This document shows, in pieces, positions 19,961 through 29,437 of a DNA stretch of 64,000 bases. Numbering within the stretch: position 1 is the first letter of the stretch; each line of letters begins with the position of its first letter. The position numbers were made by a program, and so were the translations under genes. The DNA is from an uncultured Bacteroidales bacterium (GTDB taxonomy: Bacteria > Bacteroidota > Bacteroidia > Bacteroidales > UBA932), in contig OZ006987.1 in assembly GCA_963931055.1 (NCBI GenBank), positions 1,003,652 through 1,067,651 on the forward strand, given 5' to 3'. Under the pieces are notes generated by a model that saw only the letters and a program-made list of their open reading frames with translations, was not told the origin of the DNA and made no database searches.

Positions 19961-20592
19961 CTGTCCGGCTGGACTGGCCGGTGCTGGCAGGGATACTCGC
20001 CGGATGCCTGTTCTCGCTGTGGTGGATGCACATCCGGAAGCTGCCGTACATCCGGCTGATAATCGTGGGGTTGGCGGCTCTGGCCTGCTATCTGGCGGGA
20101 TTCTATTTCACCATATCCATGGACATCCATATCTCGCAGCTCTATCTGCCCGTGGCCCTCAGGGGCTTTGCGTACGCTGTGCTGAGCGCGACTTTCATGA
20201 CGTGCCTGGAGGAGATCATGACGTTCCAGCATTTCTTCCAAGCCCTGAGTATCTTCAACATGCTGCACATGGTGGTCGGCGGGGTCATGGGCTCAGCTCT
20301 CTATGCACGAGGGATGGCATGGCTGATGCCGGACAATATCGCCCGCTACGGGGACGTGCTCAATCCGGTGACAGTGACGCGGGAGGGCGTCAATGCAGGG
20401 CAGTACATGGACATGCTTATCCCGGCGGTGATGGAGATGAGCATCAAGCAGATATACGGCTGGGTACTCTACGCCTGCATCCTGCTGCTGTTGCTCTTCC
20501 TGCTCTACGACGCGCCAATCCGCCGTCAGTTCAAGGCCATGCCCCGCTGGCAGACCCTCCGCCGCAATATCGCGCGGTCGTGGCACCTGTAG
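19957..20592 (+). pseudogene. C-terminal ~210 codon remnant of an MFS (DHA2/EmrB-like) efflux permease
   Basis: It has only about 5 hydrophobic helices and a GTG start that overlaps the TolC-fragment stop. The tail LLLLLFLLYDAPIRRQFKAMPRW resembles the C-terminal part of 14-TMS MFS pumps. Confidence 0.6.
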
Positions 20593-20614
20593 TGCCTGTC
20601 AGCCGAATGTTGGC

Positions 20615-22282
20615 TCAATCGATATGCAGGTCGCGGATGAGGGTGAGCTCGGTGGACTGCTCGCCGGTCCAGCCGCCCTTGGCCTGTACTCCGCACTGTA
20701 TCTTGACGAAATCGATGTAGGTCAGGTCGGCGGGCTCTCCGTCCCAGCGGACTGCATCGGAGATGCGGAACTTGTCGATGTCGGGATCCGTCCCGCTCCA
20801 GTTGTCGGCGTAGCCCCAGTCGAAAGGGTGACCGATCCAAAGGGAGCCGTTGCCGTTCTCGTCGACGAGGCGGTCTTCGAGGCGGGTGCCGCGCAGGGTA
20901 TAGCTGTCAACTGTAATCCAGAGCGGGAAATATGTCTCCTGACTGTGGTATGCGGGGATATAGTCCACGATGCCTGAGCTGCCCCTGTTGTCCGTCCATT
21001 CGATGCTCGTTCCGTTGGAAGAAGGCCGGTAGTAGGTGACGGCATAGTCCTGCCATGTCTCCGGCTTGCCGTATTCGGAGCCGCGCAGCTCGTACCAGGT
21101 GTCGTCGGGCAGACCGTTGCCGTTCTCGTCCTGACTCACCCAGATGATACCCGGCTCGGATGAGGAACTGTGGGCGTTGCCGGTAATCTGCAGGTCGAAG
21201 CCTCCGTCCGTGCTGCTCTCCACACTATGGTCGAAGCCTGCGGTGAGGTAGCCTCCGAAGGCCCCGAGGGAGACGAACTGACCCTGGGACAGCCGCTCGA
21301 AAGCGTAGGAGCAGGCTTCTTCCTGGGTGGTGAGGGTGACTCCGTCGTTGATGAACTGTCCCGGTGCCGGGGTGTATTCGTAGACTTTGGATATTGACGC
21401 ACTGCTCGAGGCGTCAGCTGCCCGGAAATACGTTCCTTCGGCAGGCAGCACTGTCACCGTCAGCTCCTGTGAGGCGGCGGTATAGGAGTTCCTCATGGTC
21501 ACGCTCACGGTATAGAAGCCTTCGGCGGTAAGGTCAAATACGTATTCGGAGCTTTCCCCGCTCTGCACTTCGTTCCCGTCCACACTCCAGGTGTACACGG
21601 CATCGAAAGGATACTTGATATCCAGCGGCCGCAGCAGCAGGCTCCGTCCGGAACTTATGCCGTATTCCGTCCGGTCAAATGTCCAGGAGAACGCATCCCC
21701 GGGGCTGAGCACCTCTACGGTAAACTCTATCTCGTCAGCACCGTCGCGGTTCTCCGCGCTGAAACTTACCTCAAACAGCCCCGTCTCATCGGTAGGGAAT
21801 GTCAGGACAGAATCAGCGGAGACAGGCTTTCCGCCAATACTCCACGAATATGTGACAGGCAGAGCAGACCGGACTTCCGGAGCCAGAACCAGGGACGAAT
21901 CTTTCAAGACCGAGAATCCGGCAGCCGCTCCAGGCAAGGATATCTCGGGAGGAGCTACGTCATAGACATCGATACGGATCTCCGCCCTGTCCTCTCCGGC
22001 GGAATTGCCGACAGTGATCATTATGTAGTATTCGCCCGCTTCTTCCCGGGTAAATATCAGGGACGGCTCAGCGGACAATGCCTCTCCGTCACAGGTCCAA
22101 AGGTACACTGTCCCTTCACCACAGTTCTCATACTCCGGAGAGACTGTTATCTCCTCCCCGACAGTAGTGCTGTATATCTGGCTGTCCAATACAATTACCG
22201 GAGGCAGGGAGTCACGCTGGTCCCTGCACCCGGTAAAAACAAGAACTATTGAAAATATGAATGCAGAAAAATTATTTCTCAT
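20615..22282 (-). CDS. surface lipoprotein with three PKD/Ig-like repeats and an uncharacterised C-terminal domain (last gene of the B12 locus)
   Basis: Lipobox LVFTGC. Three repeats follow the pattern Y.W..DG....S...L.F.....G.Y.V.V...N. The C-terminal ~270 aa (YEYTPAPGQFINDG...GGFDLQITGNA...WGYADNW) are not recognised. Confidence 0.6.
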   Translation of the reverse strand: MRNNFSAFIFSIVLVFTGCRDQRDSLPPVIVLDSQIYSTTVGEEITVSPEYENCGEGTVYLWTCDGEALSAEPSLIFTREEAGEYYIMITVGNSAGEDRAEIRIDVYDVAPPEISLPGAAAGFSVLKDSSLVLAPEVRSALPVTYSWSIGGKPVSADSVLTFPTDETGLFEVSFSAENRDGADEIEFTVEVLSPGDAFSWTFDRTEYGISSGRSLLLRPLDIKYPFDAVYTWSVDGNEVQSGESSEYVFDLTAEGFYTVSVTMRNSYTAASQELTVTVLPAEGTYFRAADASSSASISKVYEYTPAPGQFINDGVTLTTQEEACSYAFERLSQGQFVSLGAFGGYLTAGFDHSVESSTDGGFDLQITGNAHSSSSEPGIIWVSQDENGNGLPDDTWYELRGSEYGKPETWQDYAVTYYRPSSNGTSIEWTDNRGSSGIVDYIPAYHSQETYFPLWITVDSYTLRGTRLEDRLVDENGNGSLWIGHPFDWGYADNWSGTDPDIDKFRISDAVRWDGEPADLTYIDFVKIQCGVQAKGGWTGEQSTELTLIRDLHID

Positions 22283-22292
22283 CAGGAGCCGG

Positions 22293-23276
22293 TTACATTC
22301 TGACGGTCACGTCATCGTAGGCAAAGTAGCCCGGTGCAGCCATGCCGTATTCGTTCTGGATCGAGGAGGTGATGTCGAACTCTACCTTTACGGGAGCTCC
22401 TAGCCCTGTAAGATCCCACAGGGTCCAGGCGTTGATGCTCTGGCCGTTCTCAGTTAGGTAGAACTCGCTGGTACCAGTAACGGTTCCGGCTGCATCGTAT
22501 CCTGTGGCAGTCACTTTGGTCCAGTCGTCTGCCCCCGCCAGAGTCTCTACTGTTCCGAGATAGTAGGAGGTGTTGGTCACGTACATGCTCTCAATAGTAC
22601 GTCCTACCCCGTCCTTGAAGTAAAAATATCCGACATTCTTGGAGTACTCGCTTTTAAATCCGTTGTGTACGCAGAAGTTGCTGCCGGAGTGACCTCCGCT
22701 CAGGGGAATGGCCAGCTGGAGAGTGTAGTCTGTGGTCGCAGCCTGGTCAGTGTAGTTGGAGACTGCGTGGCCGCCGTTCCAGTAGATTGCAGCACCGTTG
22801 CTCTCGCAGAGTTCCGATGCCAGCTCCGTATTGTCCTGATCGTGCCAGCTGTAGTCGGTTCCGGTCACCATGTCTCCGTAAAGCAGCGGTCCGCCGTACT
22901 GAGGATCATCGATAAGAGCATCCCAATACTCGCCCTCGAATGTCAGGACAGCGGTATTCTCTTTTACCTTGACATTAGTGGAAGCCTGTGCGTTGCCTCC
23001 TTCCGTCTCAACGCTCACTGACACAGCGAAATCTCCTGCTTCCGGGAATGTATAAACGAGACTGGCCTCATTGCCTATGACTTGCTCATTGAGTGTCCAC
23101 GTATAGACTGCTCCTTCGCTGTTCTTGTAGACAGGAGTTATTGTCAGTTCTTCACCTACCACAATCTCGTAACTGCTTTCAATGGTTACTGAAGGTGCGG
23201 GAATCTCTTTCTGGCAGGATGCGGCCAGTACAACTGCGGCGGCGGCCGCAATGGAAATTTTAAGAATCTGTCTCAT
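22293..23276 (-). CDS. lipoprotein with one PKD/Ig-like repeat plus a DUF4465-like domain (possible cobamide-binding BtuH-like protein)
   Basis: Lipobox VLAASC and an Ig-like repeat (VYTWTLNEQVIGNEASLVYTFPEAGDFAVSVSVE). The C-terminal part, with YWNGGHAVSNYTD...NFCVHNG...MYVTNTSYY...APGYFAYDDVTV, matches my recollection of DUF4465. Confidence 0.55.
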   Translation of the reverse strand: MRQILKISIAAAAAVVLAASCQKEIPAPSVTIESSYEIVVGEELTITPVYKNSEGAVYTWTLNEQVIGNEASLVYTFPEAGDFAVSVSVETEGGNAQASTNVKVKENTAVLTFEGEYWDALIDDPQYGGPLLYGDMVTGTDYSWHDQDNTELASELCESNGAAIYWNGGHAVSNYTDQAATTDYTLQLAIPLSGGHSGSNFCVHNGFKSEYSKNVGYFYFKDGVGRTIESMYVTNTSYYLGTVETLAGADDWTKVTATGYDAAGTVTGTSEFYLTENGQSINAWTLWDLTGLGAPVKVEFDITSSIQNEYGMAAPGYFAYDDVTVRM

Positions 23277-23301
23277 TTTTAAAAATATTTTAAATCAAGA
23301 T

Positions 23302-24474
23302 TTATTCCAATGGTTTTAACTGTTTGCGGGTAAATACGATATGAGCGGGTATATCACCTGTCCGCGCAGACCATTTCCGGACACCGTCCTGCCCGTAACA
23401 GTGTATATAGCCCGGAGTGACATGATCCTTGGCATCAGTAAGGAAAATGTCACCGTTAACCGGATTGACCGCTATACAATAAGGAGTGGTTATCTCATCC
23501 TCCGTACCGTCCGTAATGAAGTTTCGGGTCTCAGTCACCCTGTCACGGGTATCAAAAACCGCATAGCCGGTCTGATAGTCCAGCGACACATTGCTCCACG
23601 AGTGGGCGATAACGTACAAGTAATCACCGTAGACAGCCATATCACTGTTCTGCAGCAGTTCCAGTTCCTCCACAACTTCGTCAGTGGAAGGGTCGATGAT
23701 GTATGTGGAGGACTGAAGGCCGTAATAATCTCCGCGTGAAGACACGTAAAGCATCCCGTCTCCCCCCAGCTTTACCTGATGCAGGTTGGGAGCCACCTCT
23801 ATCTCATTGATCACCTCAAATGTGGCCAGGTCTATGACCGACACCGTACTGTCGTAGTCCGGAGCCATATATCCGCCGGAGTTGGCCACATAGAGCCGGC
23901 CCGACACCACAGCCATCTCCTCCGGCTGATAACCCACTCCACAGGTATCGACCACCTGCATTGTCACCGTATCTATCTTTGCCACATATCCCCGCCGGTA
24001 CTCAGGGTCGAACTCCACGGCTCCGGCATAGGAACTCACATATGCATAACCGCCGTCAAAGACTATGTACCGGCAATTGGGCAGGGGTATTTCCGCTACA
24101 TGCACGGCTGTCTCCGCATCCATGACCTCCACGAAGTTCGAGCAGTTGATGACTGCATAGAGCTTACCGCCGTAGATGCCCAGGTCATTGCCCACGTCCC
24201 CGAGCTCCAGGGCCACACCCGGATTGCGCTCGGGATAGATATTGCGCGTATAGTCCCCCGTCCCGTAGTCGTAATAGTCCAGCGTGGCCTTGTTGCTGCC
24301 CATATTGCCCTCGTTGAGCAGGAAGAATCCCTTGATCTCTCCGCTCTCTCCGCCTCCGACATGGTCGCCCTCGCCCCGCAGGACAGGATCTTCCTTACGG
24401 CAGGAGGACAGACATCCGGCAAGACAGACGGACAGCAGTCCGATAAAAACGATATTCGCTGTGTTTATTCTCAT
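23302..24474 (-). CDS. YncE-like beta-propeller surface lipoprotein (BtuG-like candidate)
   Basis: Lipobox LAGCLSSC. FFLLNEGNMGSNKATLDYYD and repeated hydrophobic-x-V/Y-V-S/A-N blade strands (LYAVINCSN, AYVSSYAG, LYVANSGG, LYVSSRGD, LYVIAHSW, IFLTDAKD). ATGA overlap with btuB. Confidence 0.6.
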   Translation of the reverse strand: MRINTANIVFIGLLSVCLAGCLSSCRKEDPVLRGEGDHVGGGESGEIKGFFLLNEGNMGSNKATLDYYDYGTGDYTRNIYPERNPGVALELGDVGNDLGIYGGKLYAVINCSNFVEVMDAETAVHVAEIPLPNCRYIVFDGGYAYVSSYAGAVEFDPEYRRGYVAKIDTVTMQVVDTCGVGYQPEEMAVVSGRLYVANSGGYMAPDYDSTVSVIDLATFEVINEIEVAPNLHQVKLGGDGMLYVSSRGDYYGLQSSTYIIDPSTDEVVEELELLQNSDMAVYGDYLYVIAHSWSNVSLDYQTGYAVFDTRDRVTETRNFITDGTEDEITTPYCIAVNPVNGDIFLTDAKDHVTPGYIHCYGQDGVRKWSARTGDIPAHIVFTRKQLKPLE

Positions 24475-26582
24475 ATTATGAAATTGACTTTAATCATGAA
24501 ATTGGTGCCCGGCATCGGGTAGCACTGGACCACCTCGTACTGCTGGTTGAGTATGTTGTTTATCAGAAGCGTGGCCCTCAGTTCCCAGCCGTTGAACTCA
24601 AACGACTTGGTCAGGGATACATCGTGGGTATACCAGGGCTGGGAATAATTCTCCGGGATGTTGGCGACGGACTCATACCGTTCTCCGGTGTAGATGAAGC
24701 TGTAGTTGAGCGACCAGCTGCGCAGGGCCGCACCCACAGTCACCGAACAGCTGTGCAGGGGTATGTAAGGCACCTGTCCGCCGTACCACTCCGATGAGGG
24801 ATCCGACAGGTCCCGGGCCCGCTGAAAAGTGTAGCTCACCCTCGGAGACACATCCACCGGCCCGAAGCGGAAATAGCCCTGGGCCGCGATGTCCGCACCC
24901 AGTATCTCCACATACCCGAGATTCATCATCGTCCAGCGGAACTGGTTGGAGGTGGGCATGGCCACTATCTTATTGTCTATCTGGTTGAAATAAAAGTCAC
25001 CCTGCACGTCCACGCCTCTGAACCATCCGCTGCGGCGTATCAGCGACCAGGTGGCCCCGAAATCGTACTGGACGGTCTCCTCCGGCTCCAGCCATTTAGG
25101 CACCTCAGTGGTATAATACATATCGTTAAATGTGGGCATACGGTAGGACTTTTTGTAAAACGCCCTGAGTTCCAGGTCTATGTTGCGGAACGGCTTCCAT
25201 GAGGCAATGACCGACGGTGACAGATTGTGCCTGTCATCCACCCTGCCGCTGCCCGAGCGCAGCACGTCGTGGACGAATATGTACAGAAGCGAGGCCGACA
25301 GCTTGAAGCCCCCGAATTCAAAGGCCGTCGCTGCCGCTCCGTATGCCGACCAGCGCATGGGATAAACGAAGTCGCGCATATCGGCATCCAGACTGTTCCA
25401 CTGAAAGTCCGTCGCCAGGGACAGTTCCCACCACTTGAAAGGCTTGAACCGATGCGCAGCGGAAAAATACGCCTCCTGCTGGTAGTAACGGTTGTCCACA
25501 TACATAGTAGTCACATCCAGACGCGGATCTGAAAGGAAATGCAGATAGTCGTATGCGTATTTGCCGTTGAGCAGCAGGGAATACCACGAAGTGAAATCCT
25601 TCTTGAAAGAGCCCTGTACGAAAAGATTGTCATCCCACTGCCGGTCCTGATTCTTGACTTCTCCTTTGACTTCTCTAACTACGGCTCCGGGATAGCCGCG
25701 TTCGGAGTCGTAGAAATAGGCCTTGGCTTTCCACCAGCCGTTCTCGATGTCTCCGAAGAGGGCCACCTCGGCCCTGGTCATGCGGATATCCCCGTTCTGC
25801 CTGATACCTGTCGTGTCGTAACCGTTCTGCTTGGCATACGTGAACTTATACCGGCCCGAGGTATAGAGGAACTCCGTACTGGCCGAGAGCGATACCCGGT
25901 CCGATATCCTGTGTTCCCACAGCACTGACGGATTGACAGTTGCAAAAGAGCCGCCCTTTAGGCCGAAGTTCCAGTTGTTGCGCTTACCGTCCTCGAAGCG
26001 GGGCTTCTTGGTCTGCAGATAGACCGCCGTCGCCGAGGCATAGTCCTTGGCCGACTGGAGAGTCGAGCTCTTCTGGCCGTTGTACAGGGATACTGACTCC
26101 ATATTGTCTAAGGAGAACCGCCCCAGGTCCACTATTCCGTTCTGCGCATTGCCCAGCTCCACACCGTCGTAGAACACTCCCACATGCTGGCTGCCTAGGC
26201 TGCGGACATTTATCGTCTTGAGCCCGCCGATACCGCCGTAGTCCTTGATCTGCACACCCGAGAAATACCGTATGGCATCGGCTATGGAATGTGTGCCCAG
26301 AGTGCGCAGCTTCTCTCCCGAGAGCATCTGCACCGGCACTATCTCCTGCGAGGTGCGGGTCGCCACCACCATCAGCTCGTCCAATGCGTAGACCGTATCC
26401 ACTTCCGGAATCGTATCCACCGCACTTGCAGGCATATCGTATACGGCAGCTGCCCGGGCTCTCTCAGCCGGGCTCACCCGCGCTCCGTACGCTACAGGAG
26501 CTGCCGACAACAGAAATGCCGTCAGGGCCGACACCGTCAGCACTACAGGAAACATCATTCTATCTATGAATCGCACTGCCAT
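24471..26582 (-). CDS. btuB: TonB-dependent outer-membrane receptor, cobalamin type
   Basis: Plug-domain start DELMVVATRTSQE, a 703 aa barrel and a C-terminal aromatic residue. It lies directly downstream of a cobalamin riboswitch. Confidence 0.85.
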   Translation of the reverse strand: MAVRFIDRMMFPVVLTVSALTAFLLSAAPVAYGARVSPAERARAAAVYDMPASAVDTIPEVDTVYALDELMVVATRTSQEIVPVQMLSGEKLRTLGTHSIADAIRYFSGVQIKDYGGIGGLKTINVRSLGSQHVGVFYDGVELGNAQNGIVDLGRFSLDNMESVSLYNGQKSSTLQSAKDYASATAVYLQTKKPRFEDGKRNNWNFGLKGGSFATVNPSVLWEHRISDRVSLSASTEFLYTSGRYKFTYAKQNGYDTTGIRQNGDIRMTRAEVALFGDIENGWWKAKAYFYDSERGYPGAVVREVKGEVKNQDRQWDDNLFVQGSFKKDFTSWYSLLLNGKYAYDYLHFLSDPRLDVTTMYVDNRYYQQEAYFSAAHRFKPFKWWELSLATDFQWNSLDADMRDFVYPMRWSAYGAAATAFEFGGFKLSASLLYIFVHDVLRSGSGRVDDRHNLSPSVIASWKPFRNIDLELRAFYKKSYRMPTFNDMYYTTEVPKWLEPEETVQYDFGATWSLIRRSGWFRGVDVQGDFYFNQIDNKIVAMPTSNQFRWTMMNLGYVEILGADIAAQGYFRFGPVDVSPRVSYTFQRARDLSDPSSEWYGGQVPYIPLHSCSVTVGAALRSWSLNYSFIYTGERYESVANIPENYSQPWYTHDVSLTKSFEFNGWELRATLLINNILNQQYEVVQCYPMPGTNFMIKVNFII

Positions 26583-26639
26583 ATTCTTTTCCTAAAATGG
26601 ACAGCAGCTTGAAGGGCAGAAACGCCGCGAAGACCTCTA

Positions 26640-26855
26640 GAGTCCGGAGCCTAAACACCCGTAGGCCGCTGATCCGTGTCGCAAGGCAGGTCTTCTGACT
26701 CGTTCCGTTCCGGACGCCTTCCCGAATCCCGGCAGACGGTCTATCTCCCAGGGCATCAGTGGCAAAAGTGCCGGAACATCATTGGAACTCACAGCAGCGG
26801 GAACTGTCCGGGACTCTCACCCGGTTCCCTTTTAATCCTATACGGAACCGTTGCG
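26640..26855 (-). promoter_or_regulatory. cobalamin (B12) riboswitch
   Basis: The minus strand reads ...AAAAGGGAACCGGGTGAGAGTCCCGGACAGTTCCCGCTGCTGTGAG...GCCACTG...GGGAAGGCG...AGTCAGAAGACCTGCC (B12 box at 26685-26700). All conserved blocks of the cobalamin aptamer appear in the right order. Confidence 0.9.
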
Positions 26856-26859
26856 CCCG

Positions 26860-26867
26860 CAAATATA
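26860..26867 (-). promoter_or_regulatory. candidate -7 promoter box (TATATTTG) for the riboswitch-btuB transcript
   Basis: TAnnTTTG match on the minus strand a few nt upstream of the aptamer 5' end. Confidence 0.4.
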
Positions 26868-27014
26868 TGCATTTTTTCAATATCCATACAATATCCGTCT
26901 GCAACCACTCCGGCGGGACGGCAGTATTGATTGTAGCGGGGCAAGCTTGCAAGTCCGTATATCGCTGACTGTCTTTTAGTTAGTTTAGCAACATATCCTT
27001 TTCCCATAACTCAC

Positions 27015-27491
27015 TCAGAAAAGATGACCGCCGGTAAAGGCAATGAGGTCAGCGGGAGAGATTTTGAGCTGGAGACCGCGTATACCCGCACTGACATAGA
27101 CATACGGCAAGTCTGCGATTGAGGCCTGGTAATAGGTGGGAAACGGCTTTTTCATACCAACCGGAGAACAGCCGCCGCGTATGTAGCCGGTCAAAGGCAG
27201 GAGTTCCTTGACATGAATCAGTTCGGCCCGCTTATTGCCGGAGATACGGGCTGCTTCCTTGAGGTCTATCTCACTGTCTCCCCGCACCACACACACGAAG
27301 TATCCGTTACGGTCACCGCGCAGGACAATAGTCTTATAGACATAGGCAATATCTTCACCCAACTTTGCTGCCACCTCATCAGCCGACAGGTGATTCTCAT
27401 CCACCTCATAGGGTATCAGTTCATAATGAATTCCGGCCTGATCCAGCAGGCGGGCGGCATTGGTTTTTCTCGCACTCTCTGACTTTTTCAT
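27015..27491 (-). CDS. ybaK: Cys-tRNA(Pro)/Cys-tRNA(Cys) deacylase YbaK
   Basis: 158 aa. KTNAARLLDQAGIHYELIPYEVD...YKTIVLRG...GYIRGGCSPVG is typical of YbaK. Confidence 0.8.
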   Translation of the reverse strand: MKKSESARKTNAARLLDQAGIHYELIPYEVDENHLSADEVAAKLGEDIAYVYKTIVLRGDRNGYFVCVVRGDSEIDLKEAARISGNKRAELIHVKELLPLTGYIRGGCSPVGMKKPFPTYYQASIADLPYVYVSAGIRGLQLKISPADLIAFTGGHLF

Positions 27492-27633
27492 ATCTCACTG
27501 ATTTTCCCTGCAAAGGTACACTATTCACACCGAATACCCTTACCACTTCCGTAAAAACTTCACGCCACCATCAAGATTTTCCGAGAGGGTGAATGCAGAC
27601 AGAGTATGGCCGTAAGTTCCCGATGTCCGCTTA

Positions 27634-28536
27634 CTAAATACTTACCCAGTCAATGTGGATGCCGCGGCGTTCCATACCCCGGAACCAGGTCATTTGCCGC
27701 TTGGCGAACTGATGAATGGCTATAGCCAGACGGGCCCGCATCTCGTCGTAGCTCATCTGCCCTGTAAGATACAGGGTCACGAACTTATATTCAAGACCGT
27801 AATAGATAAGATCATCGGGTGAGAGACCGCTGTCGAGCAGACGGCGCACCTCATCCACCATTCCTTCCTTAAGCCTGGCATCCAGACGGCGGTCAATACG
27901 GGCATTGCGTTCATCCCGGCTGACAGACAGACCTATATAATGCACCTCGTCCGGAGCGAACTCCACCATGCTCTTGCCGAACACTCCGGTATCCTCAGGA
28001 TGCTCCTTTTGATACACGGCTATCTCTATGGCCCGTATGAGCCGCTTGCGCGTATCGTAGTCCGTCGTGTTGTGCGGAGTCGTCAGGGACTTGAGCATAT
28101 CTATCAGATATTCGTCGGAGTGCTGCTCCAACTCGGCGCGGAGAGCCGGATTGGAAGGCACCTCGGGAATGGCGTAATTGCGGGTCACAGACTCGATGTA
28201 CAGACCCGAGCCTCCGCAGAGTATGACCGGACGGCCACGGGACACGATGTCATTGTACGCAGCCGCAAAATCTCTCTGGTAACGGAAGATATCGTAGCGC
28301 ACCCCGGCATCCACGATGTCTATCAGATGATAGGGCACCGGCGTCCCCTCGTACACGTACTCGCCGAGGTCCTTCCCGGTACCGATATCCATTCCGCGGT
28401 ATATCTGCCGTGAATCAGCCGAGATAATCTCAGCTCCTGTCTTTCCGGCCAACTGCACCGCATAGCGGGTCTTGCCCGAAGCCGTAGGCCCCAGGACTAC
28501 TGTAAGCCTGTATTTTTCCACATCGTTCATATTCAC
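27634..28536 (-). CDS. miaA: tRNA dimethylallyltransferase
   Basis: P-loop VVLGPTASGKT, SADSRQIYRGMDIGT, and about 300 aa. GTG start. Confidence 0.9.
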   Translation of the reverse strand: MNMNDVEKYRLTVVLGPTASGKTRYAVQLAGKTGAEIISADSRQIYRGMDIGTGKDLGEYVYEGTPVPYHLIDIVDAGVRYDIFRYQRDFAAAYNDIVSRGRPVILCGGSGLYIESVTRNYAIPEVPSNPALRAELEQHSDEYLIDMLKSLTTPHNTTDYDTRKRLIRAIEIAVYQKEHPEDTGVFGKSMVEFAPDEVHYIGLSVSRDERNARIDRRLDARLKEGMVDEVRRLLDSGLSPDDLIYYGLEYKFVTLYLTGQMSYDEMRARLAIAIHQFAKRQMTWFRGMERRGIHIDWVSI

Positions 28537-29387
28537 TGTTGTTCTCGTTTCAACCTGTACTCCTTAGGAGACATACCGGTATTGCGCTTGAAGAAACGGC
28601 TCATGGAAGTATGCTCGGGAAAATTAAAATACTCGGCTATTTCACTTACGGTAAGCATAGGGTTGTCCAGCTGCACCTTTATCTCCGCTGTCAGCTGAGC
28701 GTCTATCAGCTGCTTGGGTGTCTTCCCGTCAAAATTCTCAGCTACTATTCCGTTCAGATACCTGGGCGATATTCCGAGTTTGCCGGCATAAAACGGCAGC
28801 ATATGCTCTTTCGCGCTGTTCTCCCTAACAAGCCGCACAAACTGGTGGCTTATAAGGCTCTTACGTTCATTTCTCCGGGCCTCGGCCATACGCTTGAGCG
28901 GGATGGAGCTGTGCAGGCACATAAGCAGACTCTGGAGAAAATTCTGTTCTATGTACTTGCGGAAGCGGGGCATCGGACGGGAAAACAGCATCGCCGCCAT
29001 ATCCATCCACAACATGACTCCTTTCCATTCATCAGGTTCAGCTCCGGCATCCAGATGGTCAAAATAAGGATATTCGTGCAGATAATTGAGGAAATCCGTA
29101 TCCAGCGGGATCAATACTTTCATCATCAGGTCTTTCGGATACAGCAGCATCCTGACCCTGAAGTCCGGTGACGGCTCCACCACCTGCACAAGACCGCCGC
29201 CGAGCAGAAACAGGCCGGTCCCCCTCCGCATACTGTAACTCTGTATCCCGGTAGATATCACGGCACTGCCATGAGTACACACGATCTGGATATGACAACC
29301 GAAACGGCAGGGATTGCGCACCAGTTCCGCCATATCCGTCTCTCCGTATTGTATTTCAGGAGTATCTGAATAAAATGATTTCCTCAT
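28533..29387 (-). CDS. AraC-family transcriptional regulator
   Basis: C-terminal double HTH (LTVSEIAEYFNFPEHTSMSRFFKRNTGMSPKEYR). 4 bp overlap with the miaA start. Confidence 0.85.
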   Translation of the reverse strand: MRKSFYSDTPEIQYGETDMAELVRNPCRFGCHIQIVCTHGSAVISTGIQSYSMRRGTGLFLLGGGLVQVVEPSPDFRVRMLLYPKDLMMKVLIPLDTDFLNYLHEYPYFDHLDAGAEPDEWKGVMLWMDMAAMLFSRPMPRFRKYIEQNFLQSLLMCLHSSIPLKRMAEARRNERKSLISHQFVRLVRENSAKEHMLPFYAGKLGISPRYLNGIVAENFDGKTPKQLIDAQLTAEIKVQLDNPMLTVSEIAEYFNFPEHTSMSRFFKRNTGMSPKEYRLKREQQ

Positions 29388-29437
29388 CAGTCAAAACTTT
29401 TCACAATCTGGTTTACTGCAAACATTCACAGATAACC

